This document shows, piece by piece, positions 23,380 to 36,796 of a DNA stretch of 64,000 nucleotides. Every line of letters starts with the position of its first letter. Within the stretch, counting starts at the first letter, position 1. A program made the translations under genes and the position numbers. The notes beneath the pieces are model-generated. The model was not told where the DNA came from. It made no database searches and was given only the letters and a program-made list of their open reading frames with translations. The stretch comes from Geosiphon pyriformis uo1 (Eukaryota > Fungi > Glomeromycota): positions 248,001 through 312,000 of the forward strand of contig JAAOMT010000557.1 in NCBI GenBank assembly GCA_016748015.1, in the 5' to 3' direction.

Positions 23380-25073
23380 TATTTAAATAATAATTTGGTC
23401 TATTATATTTACAAAGTATTTAAAATAGTTAATTAGCTTTTGTTAATCGAATTATTGTTTAAAAATAAGTTTATTATTTTTTATTTTAAGTTTTTATATT
23501 AGTATTTTATCAATTATATATTTGAATTAAGTTAAATTTTTTATAATTAAATTAATAAATTAGAGTTTATTTATTATTAAAAGATAATTTTAATAAAAAT
23601 AGTTTTAAAAAAAATATTAGTTTTAAAAAATATTTAAATTTAGATTAATTAATTTTTCGATAAATAATTTTATAATTAAAATAACAACATAAAACAATTT
23701 AAAAAAAATAAAAAAGACAATTTATATTATTTATTAATATTATAATTAACAAAAAAATTTTAAATATAAGTAATTTTTTAATATTAATTATAATATTATT
23801 TCTATTTTAATAAATTTAAGTAATTTACCAAATATTTAATTAATTTTTCTGTAAAAATAAGCCAATAAAAATCATTAAAAATATAATTTTAAAAATACAA
23901 ATAATGTTAAAATAAATTTGTTTTATAAAATTTTTTAATTTAAAATAATAAATTTATTTAAAAATATTTTTATACATAAAAAAATCAAAAATATAAATTA
24001 AATATGTGATATTATTTAATTAATTATGTTTTTATTAGTTAAAACAGTTTTTAAAAAATCATGATTTTTAAATTTTAATAACAGTATTTTAAAAAAAAAT
24101 TTTAAATTTTAAAATTTTAAACTTTTGGATTTTAAAATTATAATTATATTTTGATAATTAAAATTATATATATTATAAATTTGTTAAATATTAATTTTAA
24201 TATAGATATTATTAAGTTTAAATTATATATTTCTGTATATTTTTAATTTAGTTATAAAAAAAATTATTATTTTAAATAATTTAATTTATTTAATAAATTT
24301 TTAAGAGATTTTTTAGTTTTTTAGTTATTATATAATGTTAAATATAATAAAAATATATATATAACTATTGTTAAAGAATTTATTTTAAGAATTTATTTGT
24401 AAAATTATTATTAATTTTTAGAAATAGTTTTAAAATTAATATAAATATTGTAAATTTTATTTATAAATTAATAATTTATTATAAATTAGATATCTAAATA
24501 CAAAATTTTAAATACAAAATTAAATATATAAAAAAGATTAGTAACTGGCCACATATAATAAGTACATAAGTTTTAATTTTATATATTAGATATTAATTGA
24601 TTCATTAAAAAATTAATAAAAAAAATAAAAAAAGATTAATTGTTGTTAATAATTTTGTTTTATTTAATATTGTTGATTTATTAATAATTAAAATTATGTT
24701 AAAAATATGTAAAATAAATTTTATCTATGATATTATAATTTGTTTTAATTTTAAATTTTTTTATTATTAATAGTTTTTTGCTAATTTTTGTTTATTTACA
24801 AAAAATATATTTAATATAAATCTGTAATATTGTTTTAATTAACTTAAATAACTGATTATATATAATAAAAACATAAGTTATATTTATTTTAAATTTTTAA
24901 ATAAATATTATTTATGTATTTATTTTTATATTTAATTGATTATTTAATTAATTTAAATAATAAAATTTAAAAACCATTTATTTATTGTATATATAAATAA
25001 TTTAATTATTGTATTTAAAGATTGTAATAATAATAATAAATTTGGTTTTAAATTCAATTGATTATAAGAATAA

Positions 25074-25126
<53 letters not shown>

Positions 25127-25227
25127 GAAAAATAATAATAATTAATATATAAAAATAATAAAAATCCGATTGGGCCACACTTATTAAACCGAATAAAAAA
25201 AAATCAACTTAAAATTTTTATTTTTAA

Positions 25228-25268
<41 letters not shown>

Positions 25269-26100
25269 GTATTTTTATTTTTAAATTATATTATTATTAT
25301 ATATAAAATATATTATAATAAAATAAAATAAATATTTATATAAAATAACTAATATATTTAAAATATTAATATAATATATAAATATTAAATTGTATTAATA
25401 AAAATATATAAAAATAAAATAATATAAACCTTTTTTTTATTTAAAAATTTATGTTAATTTTTATAATATATATTGTAATTTTTTATGTAATTTATTTTAT
25501 TTATATTAATTGTAAATATTTTATTATTATTTTTTATATATTTAAAAAAAAAAATTAAAATCAAGTTTTTTAAAATATCAAAGTATTTTTACTATTTTAA
25601 AGTCTGTTTTTTTTTTTAGTTTTTATTAATTTTGTTATATTAGTATTTATTATAATTATTAATTTTATTTTGGTTATAAATAATAATTTTTTTTTATCAT
25701 AAATAATAACAACAATAACAATAACAACAACAACAACAACAACAATAATAATAATAATATATTTATTAATTATATTTTTTAATATGTATAAATAATTATA
25801 ATAAAACAAGTTATATTTAAAAAAAATTTATAAAAAAAAGAATTTTTTATAAATATATATTTTAAATATTATTTTTTTAAGTCTTAATATTATTTTTTAT
25901 TGTTAAATAGTTTAGAATAATACATAATTAAATTTCTAAATTGTTATAAATTAACTAATTAATAATAATTGAATTATTAATGTAAAATATGAAACCAATA
26001 ATACAAATATTAAGATGATAATAAGAATCAAAAAAAAAAATTTATACTAAATCACAATTGATAATGAAACATTTAAATGTTCAAATATGTTTAAAATTAA
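23380..26100. other. AT desert (similar tracts at 345-810, 35500-36795, 39085-39935, 43110-44020, 51865-53190)
   Basis: Roughly 90% A+T by eye and almost no CpG. Residual G/C is mostly in aac/gtt, aca/tgt and cca/tgg. Confidence 0.9.
25166..25203 (+). mobile_element. Micro-insertion: extreme 3' terminus of the LINE family plus A tail
   Basis: attgggccacacttattaaa matches the LINE/H-element ends (ttgggcttcattcgttaaa, ttgagccatatttattaaa). It is followed by an A run and flanked by aaaaatc on both sides. Confidence 0.5.
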
Positions 26101-26361
26101 AATTCATGATAATTAGGTAAAAAGAAAAGATAGAATCTTTTGATTATTATTAAACTTTGGAAGTTTTTTTTTGCTAATATCACGTGAATAAGTTTTTACC
26201 AAAATCACAATTAGCCATAATTGGACAATTTATTTTTCTTCCAAAAAGAAAAGTTATGCGTGCAATCTAAAAAGCAAATTCAGATTGTTTTTTAATTTTG
26301 ATTTTTAAATTCTAATTTACCGTAATCTAGAATGATTGGACCCTGAATAAAAAGGTCATAT

Positions 26362-26417
<56 letters not shown>

Positions 26418-28397
26418 CAATCATTGGTTTTCACTTATTCATTCGATTCCTTGGAATATTATTATCGTATGTTATTTTTAATAATCATGATGAAGAATGG
26501 TTTGTTGATGAAAAAGGGGATGACAGATTTAATTTCCTTTTCCGGAATCTGCAAACTTATCAGTTATTCCGTATTAAGATTTTAGATTTCTGGGTTGGGA
26601 TTTTTCTTAATTATAATAATGTGGTCCAGCATTTTGTATCTTGGTAATATTGGATTAGAGATTTCTATGTTTTGATTCATTCAATTTTTTTTTATTCTTT
26701 GATATTTACGAATCCTGATTTAGGGAAATCAGTTAAATTCATTTTGGTAGAAAAAAAAAAATTTTAAAAGAACTTTGTTTGATGTACCAGAATCCGAAAT
26801 ATCAAATATCTAAAAGAGATGACATTTGAAAAAAAAATACGTTATTGCGATCATTGTTCTTTTTTACAGGTCGCTATAACGGTCTGAAAATGGTCATCAA
26901 GAATCATCCATCATGGTACGAATTCATAACGCGGGAAATCAACAAGGTTGGAAATTATAAACTTGTGGGGAAACCAAAAGAACAATCAAAAAAGCAAGCA
27001 AATAAGAAAACCAAACAATTTGAACAACAAATAATGATCATTTGTGTAGTAAATAAATAAAGAAAAGTAAACACAGAGTTTGATCAACAAAAAGGTCATC
27101 ATGCAAATATTTGCCAGGTCAAAATTCTGAAGTTTTTTTTTTTTGAAATATAGTTCTCTTAATAAAAAAAAAGTGCGTGAGTCCTTTGTGTTACATGTGT
27201 GGGTAATTTTTGATTGTTTGACTGTTGTTTAAGTAAATAAATAAATAAATAAATAAATAAATTTGAAAATGCAATATATTTTCTAAAAACCTTTTTTTTT
27301 TTTTTTTTAAATTAAAACAATCTAAACCATTAGATTCTTTGGCAAAAAGAAAAACTCGTTTTTCATCCCTAATTTTCCAAATTTAAATCTCTTTTGGATC
27401 CTGGGAGCAGCTGATCAGTTTTAAAGGTAGGATTTAATATGAAAGAAACGATTCATAATTATTCAGTATTTTTTTCACCCGTTCGCCAAGATCACTTTTT
27501 GGGCTTTCCCATCGAATTTTATCACGCCAACATAATGTCACTTACTTAATCGGTATAGCGCATTTACCAAATTTTTCATTGTGTATCTAAAAGGTCACGC
27601 GTGCCATTGTTTTACCATTCGTATATTAAAGCTGGTCAATAACCTAGTTCATTTTAAGAACATAACCAGGAGATCTTTAACGTCTTAAAGTAATAAAATT
27701 CCCGCGCATCAAAAACCATCACTGATCATCAAAATAGTCTTTTATCGTTAAAATTTTAAAATGAAAAATTTGTTCCTAGAGATATTTTGATCCAATGAAT
27801 GATTTTTCCGTTATTATTGTCAAGGCGTCGAGTTTCATTTTTTTAGTCGGTTATAATTTCAATATCTGATCGCGTCAGGGATAGAGTCTAGGCTCTAGAC
27901 CAAGTGAATAAAAAAAAAAAAAAAATGAAAATGAAAATGAAATAAAATAAAATAAAATAAAATAAAATAAAAAATAGAGATAAAATTAAAATCCCCGCCC
28001 ACCCAATTCTGATCATCGATCTTTCTAGAAAAAAAGTTTTTTAAAAATTTCCCGGTTTCAACCGATCATCATTTTTGGGATCGTTCTCACTTGTCACCAC
28101 GAAAAGACACACAAAACAAAAACGAAACTGCAGCAATTTCTGGTCACCAGGCCTCTAGTTAACTGTGGAAAATTTCCCAAGGGTGTACGATGACAGTTTT
28201 GGTAATTGCTAAAATTATTGTTTATTCTTTATCTTTTTCTTGTGTCAACAAAGGAGCAATGATAGCAAACAGTAATCAATCAACGAGATCTTTTATTAGA
28301 ATTTTTGATATTGGCGCGTGTCCAAGTTCGGAATTTGATTATACAACAAACACACAAAAAATTTGATTAAAAAAATTTAATCTCATTCTATCTCTTT

Positions 28398-28463
28398 TAA
28401 TATTTGGTCTTTTGACGATGATGATGATGATGATGATTAATATTTGGTCTTTTGACGATGATT

Positions 28464-28501
<38 letters not shown>
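28398..28501. repeat. (GAT)n microsatellite within a ~39-bp tandem duplication
   Basis: taatatttggtcttttgacgatgat occurs twice, each followed by (GAT)n. Confidence 0.85.
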
Positions 28502-28502
<1 letters not shown>

Positions 28503-29240
28503 GTGACGATGGCGACAGCGACAACTAAGACAAGACGGCGTGATCAAAAGAAAAAATGCTGCAAGATGATGACAAAATTGTTCGATGACACGAAAAAAAT
28601 CATTTGAGGAAAAGATATTTAAAAACGATTAATGGGATATGTAGTGTTCATGATTAGGAAAGCTAACTGTTGCCCCGGTTTCGCAATAATGGTATCATGC
28701 TTAGAAGGCAACTTGAAAATTAAACCTAAAATTCAAAGGTCGTTATTTATACCAGAATCCAGTTAGTTTTGCAATTCATTTCGCACGTTTCAAGTTTCGA
28801 TCTTCGATGACAACAGCCTCGAACATGCCCCGTGATGTGGTGAAACAAGCATTGATTTTTTTTTTTTTAAAAAAAAAAATCCACCGAAAATGACAAGCTT
28901 TCATCATATATTCACACACCTAAAAAAAAAACAACAATATCAATAAAAATTTTTTTTTTTTAAAAATCAATCATCAGATCAACAGAATTTCCTTTTGGAT
29001 TTTTGACATGCGATATTTTTGATAAATTACGATGTCTTATCACCTTTAGATATTTATGACATCGAATTATGTGAATACCGTCATTCATTGAGCTTTAGGC
29101 AATTAGGGTTATTTGTTTTATATAATCTCAAAAAAAAAAAAAAAAATTGAAAATAACGAGAACCTGTTAAAATTGTGATATGAAACTGTTTAATATAAAA
29201 AAATCGCTATAATAAAATAACGATAAAAATAATAAAAATA

Positions 29241-29272
<32 letters not shown>

Positions 29273-30254
29273 TAATAAATAATAACTTTTACCATCCTAA
29301 GCTATATCTATACTAATTAAAAATACTTATCATCCTATTTTGGTGTTCAAATAAAAGTCATGAAATCGACTTAATTACGATTTAAAAGGATTCAATTGGC
29401 TTAATTCAAAAATTTTTGTTATATATGAATTTAAAATTAATAAAAAATAATTTGAATTTTTAAAATTTGATTTGATTTGATTTGATTTGATTTGATTTGA
29501 TCACAAAAAAGTGTATTATAAGAATCAAAAATTTAAATTTAAATTTTTTTTTGTTACTTGAGACATCAATTAATTTTTGATTATAATTTACAAAAAATAT
29601 ATATATATATAATTTTTTCTCTGTTTATAATATTTAAAAATTTTTGAAAATGTAAAAAAAATAAATAAATAAATAACTAAATCTATTTTTCCAAGTAAAA
29701 AAGTTCTTTCCGATCGGACGATCAAATTTTAAAAATTGAATTATTTCCCTCTTTAATATTTTATATGAAAATGAAAAATAACCAAAAAATTAAATGAATT
29801 TCCATTTTTTCATTAAAAAGATCATCAAATTTTAAAAAAGAGAAAATCTTAACCCAAAAATCCAACTAAAAAAGTACTTGATATAGATTGGGTAAGTGAT
29901 GGTTTTTTTTTTTTTTTTACCACTTTCCAATATGAGAAAAAAAAAAATAAAAAAAAAAACTAGTTCCCTAATCCAAGTTCTGATAGATTCACTTTTTACA
30001 TTTGAACTTTAACAAAATTGGATAAATTTGAAGTTCGAACAATATCTAATTTTCTTTTTTTAATTAAATATATTTGTTCATAATAAAAAATATATCATAT
30101 TATATATATATTTTTGTACATACAGTGTAACGTTTGAAGTAATGGGAACACAAAAAAAATTGGATATTTCTTTCCATTTTTGATTATTGTCTGCGTTAAA
30201 GTATTAGTGTATTTATGTATATATATATATATGAATAAATGTATTTATGTATTT

Positions 30255-30335
30255 ATGTATGTATGTATGTATGTATGTATGTATGTATGTATGTATGTAT
30301 GTATGTATGTATGTATGTATGTATGTATGTATGTG
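30255..30335. repeat. (TATG)n microsatellite
   Basis: Direct reading. Confidence 0.95.
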
Positions 30336-31956
30336 TATATATGTATTTGTGTACATATGTATTTGTGTATTGTGTGTGCCCTGTGCTCACTACATCTGTA
30401 ACTCTTTTTATATTTTTATTTGGCGTCACAAAACAATTTCAACCTCCAAACTGTACATACACACAAATTCACTTAATACACATATATCCAAAAACAAAAA
30501 AAAAACCCTCCCCCCTCTCCCCATAATCATCTTACATCAATCAATGTTCGCGCTTTTTTTTCTTTTTCTTTTCCGCCTTTTCTATTGTACAATAATTTTT
30601 CAGTCTCCCTAATCTTGAAATTTTATTTTTCTTTTTGCTTCAAAAAAAAATTCATTATCATCATCATTATCATCATCATCATCATTATTCCCGTCATCAT
30701 CATTATCATTATCATCATCGTCATCCCCCAACATAATATTCTTATCACAAAAAACACACATACACACTTTCGAATTTAGGAAATTTTTTGACCATTATTT
30801 ATTTCTTTGGATTTAAAATATCACACCATCAATCGTATCAAATCAAATCAATTCAATTCAAAAATCCCTAAACCTCTTTCTCTCTGCTAATAGAAATCTC
30901 TCTTACCTTCTTTTACCCACCTTCTCTTGGTCGATTTTCCGATTTTCCCATTGAAACAACTTTATCCTTATCTACCACTTTTTTTTTATATATCAATAGA
31001 TTCTTTTTTTTAGACTTATCTTTGGTTTAATACTATACAATATATTTTCCTACATCATCACTAATATTTATTATTGGTGGTCTCGGTCAATTTTCACTTT
31101 TTGTCGTCGACTTTCCTGTTTATACCCGTCCTTTACATACGAATTGTCGTCGACCCTTTCGGTTCACCTCTAAAAATTTTCTCACTTACTAGACTAATTT
31201 CTAAATTTCTATTTGCAAAAGCTTAGGCTTTCCAATTTTTTTTTTAATTTTTTGCTTTGTGAAATAGTCAAAATTCCATTTTCATAACTCTCTATCCACT
31301 CAAGAGCCGCGCTTGACACGGTTCGAAACAATTTAACGATAAATACAATACAATCCAATCCAATCCAATCCAATCTAATAAAATCAAAATTCCTTTGTAC
31401 CGTGCTATTTCTCAAGTCTCGAGGTAAGAGTCAACGGACAATAAACCGCTTTCTCGGACAAAAAGAACACGCATAGTAGAAATACGACTTAAAAGATAAA
31501 CAACCATTTTGACGACTACTCATGTGTGTCATAAACAGCAAAGACAAATGTATTATTCTCCGCCTTTACTTGTCCCTAACCTCAAAACTGTCTTTGACAC
31601 CCGAGGCGAATATAATGGCTCGTCCAGTTGATTGAGGAGTATTTCGAGACCCCATTGAAAAGGTTTACTCCTCACCCATTGAACACAATTGAAATCACCA
31701 ACAAACAGTCAATCAATTGTTACCATCGATCTTAAAGATTTAGGTGTTTGTTTGAACGGAATTTCTTGATTCTTTTCGATACTAAGAGTTGTTGGCTCCT
31801 CACTCAATTGACATAGCCCCCCCTCCCCCTCAAAACTCTTGGAATTTCTTTGTGGCCTAGCTGATTTTTAAAATATCCACCTAACTTCTTTGAAATTACC
31901 TTTCTTCAAAATTCATCATGTTCCTTAGGTTAAAAAAAAAGGGAGATCTTTCAACC

Positions 31957-33640
31957 ATGAACTTATCCTTCTCAGAAGTGTCTTCACATTTTGGTATACC
32001 AACTCCACCACCGGCCTTCGATCACCCGGATATCAAAAGTCCTTTCTTTTCGTTAAGGAAGAATGATCAAATGTTATCTGCCCCTCCTTCTTCGAGCGGC
32101 ACAGAAGCTGGTTCACCGGAACCAAGTACTCCTATCAGTACAACTGCATCACGAATATCCAAATCTCGCTATGTAATCTCAGACATCACAGATCTATCAA
32201 CGCTTCTTCCCGCGATTGCAAAGGCTCATAATATTAGAACAGAAGTTTCCTTCGATTCCTGCAGTGAGTCAACCTCATCAAATGCTTATGAAACTATCTC
32301 TGCTTACTCGTGTGTCTCCTTGTCAAAGTCTAAGCGAAAACGAAAAGGAACCCCTAATCGCTCACCAGACCATGGTGAATATGATTTCGATCCTGGCATG
32401 GTTTTTCGCTTTCCTGTAGTCTTCTCTGAAAGTTCTGCTCCTGGTACACCGACTATTGCTATTTCGAGTGAATCGGATCTTGCTTCTAACGAGGGCAATT
32501 CTACCGATTCCATCTCTTTAAGATTCACAGCGGTCCCACCTCCAACAACAACAACAACAACAACAACAATAATAACAAGCATTGACTCTTCGTCTGCGAG
32601 TCAGCCCTCGTCCTTAGCAACTCTCATTCATCGTCCTGTTCTATTGCCCGACGTTGTTAGATCGATCGAGGAAGCAAGAATGTCTAAGCTTAGATCTCGA
32701 CCTACAACTCGTGCTAAAAATAAGAAGGTCGATGAATTTAATCTTTATGGATTGAATGGATTAGATTTGCTGATAGATGCTGCAAATCATGCCCACAATC
32801 AGAGTAGCAATACCCCCAAGAATAGTCACACAATTTACAATCACTTTCAAGAAGATCAAAATTTCCAAGCCCCACGTCGTACCTTGAGACCTGCCGCAGC
32901 AACAACAACAACAACAACGACGACGACGACAACAACAACAACAGCGTTTTCATCAGGAGCCAAATTTCTCACATTAAAATCGCGTTCTTCTTCTCAAACA
33001 ACGAGTGCCGCTTCAATCTCGTCTTATAAATCATCGGCGGGACGCTCTACTACTGAATACAGTAGCCCGTCTTCATACTATTATAATACGTCAAAAAGAC
33101 GATCGTCGATATCATTATCTTCATTTTCGTCAGACCTCAGTGATCCTGATGATGTAAATACTGATAATTATGGCGACGATGAAGATGATCCAGATTTCGC
33201 TCCAAGTCCCAAGCATGTTAAGCTGGGACCTGGTTTAGGTCTTGGAATTACTGTCCCTCCACCATCCTATACTAGAGAACGCAAGGATGCTCCCCACAGG
33301 ACAAAAGTTTGTGCTAGTTGTAGGACAAAAAGTACCCCATGCTGGAGACCTGGATGGCGATCTGATCTTTTTTTGTGCAATAGCTGTGGACTTAGGTAAT
33401 TTTTCTTCAGGGGAAATTTTGATTGATTTCTTGTTTTTTTTTTTTTTTGAATCCGATTTAAGTTTTACGATTAACTTAATTTTTCATGATAATAGATACA
33501 AAAAAACTAAATGTGTCTGTACAAACACCGAATGTCGATACATTCCACTCAAATCTGAATACAATGCGATGTTTAAAAAACCAAAAAATGGTGATTGGTC
33601 TGATGCCAAAAGATGTTGCAAATGCCATACCGCTTTATGA
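31957..33640 (+). CDS. Ash1-like GATA zinc-finger transcription factor (exons 31957-33395 and 33496-33640; alternative ATG at 31918)
   Basis: C-X2-C-X18-C-X2-C finger CASCRTKSTPCWRPGWRSDLFLCNSCGLR, GT-AG intron 33396-33495, then YKKTKCVCTNTECRYIPLKSE...RCCKC. Long Ser/Thr-rich N-terminus. Confidence 0.9.
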
Positions 33641-36600
33641 AATTGACCAATTCAACCCTTCAATATTATTTTTTTGGAAGAGAATCAACATGCCAAATAT
33701 TCTTCAAAGGTTTTCTCTTCCCCATTTCTAAAAACACCAATAAGAGTTAGGTTTTTGAACATGAATGGTGGATAAATTTGTTTATTAAGAAACGAAATTG
33801 GAATTTTTGATTTTTCCATATCATGCCTGTTCCTTTATGCATTTTTTTCAACCGGTTTTTTTGACAATTGTCTCAATTATTCTATTACCAACCCTTTTTT
33901 ATCCCACAAGTATAAAAAAACAAGAATTCATTTTTTTCATTTTGGGTGAGATTCGATAAAACTATATCCTATTTCATTTTATGAATTTTTTGAAATTTCC
34001 ACCACTAAGATTTTGAATTTCTACTATGTAATTTTTTATTCTTTGCATCCATCTCCTCTACTTTGATGTTTCTTTTGGTTTTCATCAACCATGTCCCAAA
34101 AAGTCACCCTTTTTTTCATCCCTTACCCCACTTTTTTTCTTCATGCCCTCACTTTCCCCTTTTTTTACCCTTATAAATAGTTCTTTTCTTTTGTTCCATG
34201 CTTTGCGCAGGGCGCCTTTATTGGTTTCGTCGTGTTCTCGCGGTGCTAGCGCCACGCAATTTTTCTGTTCTGTTTTTTTCTTGAAATATTCTCCCGACAC
34301 ATAACCCCCATTCAAACCCCAGATCCTTGGGCAATCATGAAGAAAAAAGTTGTTAAATTTCTTGTTATATTATGTATTATAAATTTTTCTTTTTTCTCGC
34401 TCAATATTTGAACATAAAAAAAATTTTATGTGTGATTGCGCGCTGACGGCGTCTTTATTGAGTTTTGAAATTTATGTCTGGACATTGTAGGAATTCTGGT
34501 GTTTTTACCTGAAGATTGGAAAAGAACCTATTGAGAAAAGATCTTGGGTGCAAAATGATGAATTTAAATTATGGGACGTGGCAATTAAATATCCAGAAAT
34601 CCTAATTCTCTACAATGGAATACCCAGATGTGCCATCATAATTTCTATAATTGGAGCAAGAAAGCTTGAAAATTTCAACTTTGCATTCAATGTGATTTTC
34701 TGTGTACGGCCTTTTTTTAAAAAAAAGATTAGGAAAAATCAGGTTATTAACAATGATGATATTAATAATTTCCCGATTTTCCAAATTTTGAGCTGTTTTT
34801 GTATTACATGTCAAACAATTTAGGGATTGTCCATTTTTTCAACGGAAAATTTTCGTGCCAAGGAAAATTTAAATAAATAAATAAAAAAAAAAAAAGAAGA
34901 GAACTTTGAACAGATAATAAATTAATTTAAGAACTTGGGACATTGTGCAAGATTCATTATCAACTTATTTATATTATCATAATATTTAGACCCAGATCCA
35001 ATCTTTACCTGATGAGTGGTACAAGGAACAGAACATGATTTAACGATCACCATATATGTTATTTCCTCATCTTTTGGATCACCATATTTTGTCTTCTTTC
35101 TTCCCAATACGTGTTCGTAAAAACTCTGCGTCTTTTTTTCTGTAATGAAAGAAAACCTTTGAAATAATTTTCCAATATCAATGAACTCGGTAAATTTGAT
35201 GTGTTCCAATAACTTGGTAAACATAATCTATTGAATGCATATATCTTTGGCATTTTTTGAATATAATGCGATTACGCAATTGGATGGACATGCCTCAAAA
35301 ATATAGTAATTACATTTTTTGAATAAAATGAGCCCTTCTGATTAAAGATCTAAATGCTAAAAAATTGATTTAGCAGTTTTTCAAAGGAAAGGCACCTGGT
35401 AAATTCTAGAAAAGTTCTTGGAATGTAACGTTCAACACCATTAAGTACTTTACCATTACTTTTTTTATTTTATTTTTTAGAAAAGTATTGTTTACTCAAT
35501 ATAATAATAATAATAATAATAATAATATATATGTTATGAATTTACCAAATTTGGAATTCAAAAAATATCAGATTCTTGATTATATTTATTGTGTTATGAT
35601 TAAGTAATAAACAAATTTATGTATTTTAAATTAAAAGTAATCAATAATTAATTTTAAATAAAGTGAACAATAATATAATTTTAAAAAATATATTAAATAC
35701 ATAAATTATAGTAATATTTATTTTAAATAATAATATGTTATTATTTTAATTTTTTAAAAAAAACAAATTAATAATATATTAATAATTTTAATATTATTAA
35801 GACAAATTTTAAATTTGTGTTTTTAATTAAACAAGTTTTTTTTGTTTTTTTATTTTATTAAACTTTGCGAAAATAATTATCAATAACATAACAAATTAAT
35901 TAATTAATTACTTAAACATATATTTGAAAATAATTTATTTAATTAAAATAATATTTTTTAAATTAAATGTTTTAATAACTAATTTTATAAATTAATATTA
36001 AATAATCAGTATTTTACTATTATAATAATATAAATAAATTTGTGTTTTTAATCAAATTTAGTTTTTTTTTAAATATTAATTTTAATAATTATAATATTAA
36101 ATTTTATAAATTAAAAATATATATATATAATAAATCAAAATCATGTTGATTAATATTTTTTCTTAGTTATATTATTTTTAAAATTAGTTAATTAATTTTT
36201 TAGATTTGTGGTTTTTTAATATTTTAAAAAAGTATTGAATTTAATAAAAAAATTTTGATTATTAATATTGTTTTAAATATTAAAATTTAAATTATTTGGC
36301 TGTAAATTACAAAATATTTTTATCTTTTTTTTCAAGATTTTTATATTTTATTTTATTAATATTACGTTTTAGATAAAATTTTTATCCTATTGGCTTTTTT
36401 TGTTATTGTTGTGTTTTTGGCTATAAAATTAATTAATATATTTTTTGTTTTATATACTAATTTAAATAAAAAATATATTAAAATTTAAAAAAATTGTTGT
36501 TTTTAAAAATAAATTGAACAAATTATATAAAATTAAAAATAATAAAAATATAAATACTTTTAATAATAAAGTTAATAAAAAATTTTTTACTTAAATAATA

Positions 36601-36796
36601 ATTTTTTAAAATTTTTAAAATTTTAAAATCAAGTTAAATATAAATAATACTATTAAGTATACAAATAAAAAAAAATAAAAATAATTGTATTTTAATTTTT
36701 TATATATATTAAATATTTTATTAAAATAATTTTTTTTATTAAATTTAATATAGTTTAATTAAAATTAAACTTATAAAAAAAAAAAAAAAAAAAAAA

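Noticed and set aside
30180-30779. ORFs with YVCM or poly-Ile repeats (also the poly-Lys ORF at 26360)
   Set aside because: Translations of microsatellites and homopolymers.
34085-35253. Short ORFs downstream of the GATA gene (e.g. 34922-35224 minus)
   Set aside because: No recognisable motif or splice structure; a gene relic cannot be excluded but is unsupported.
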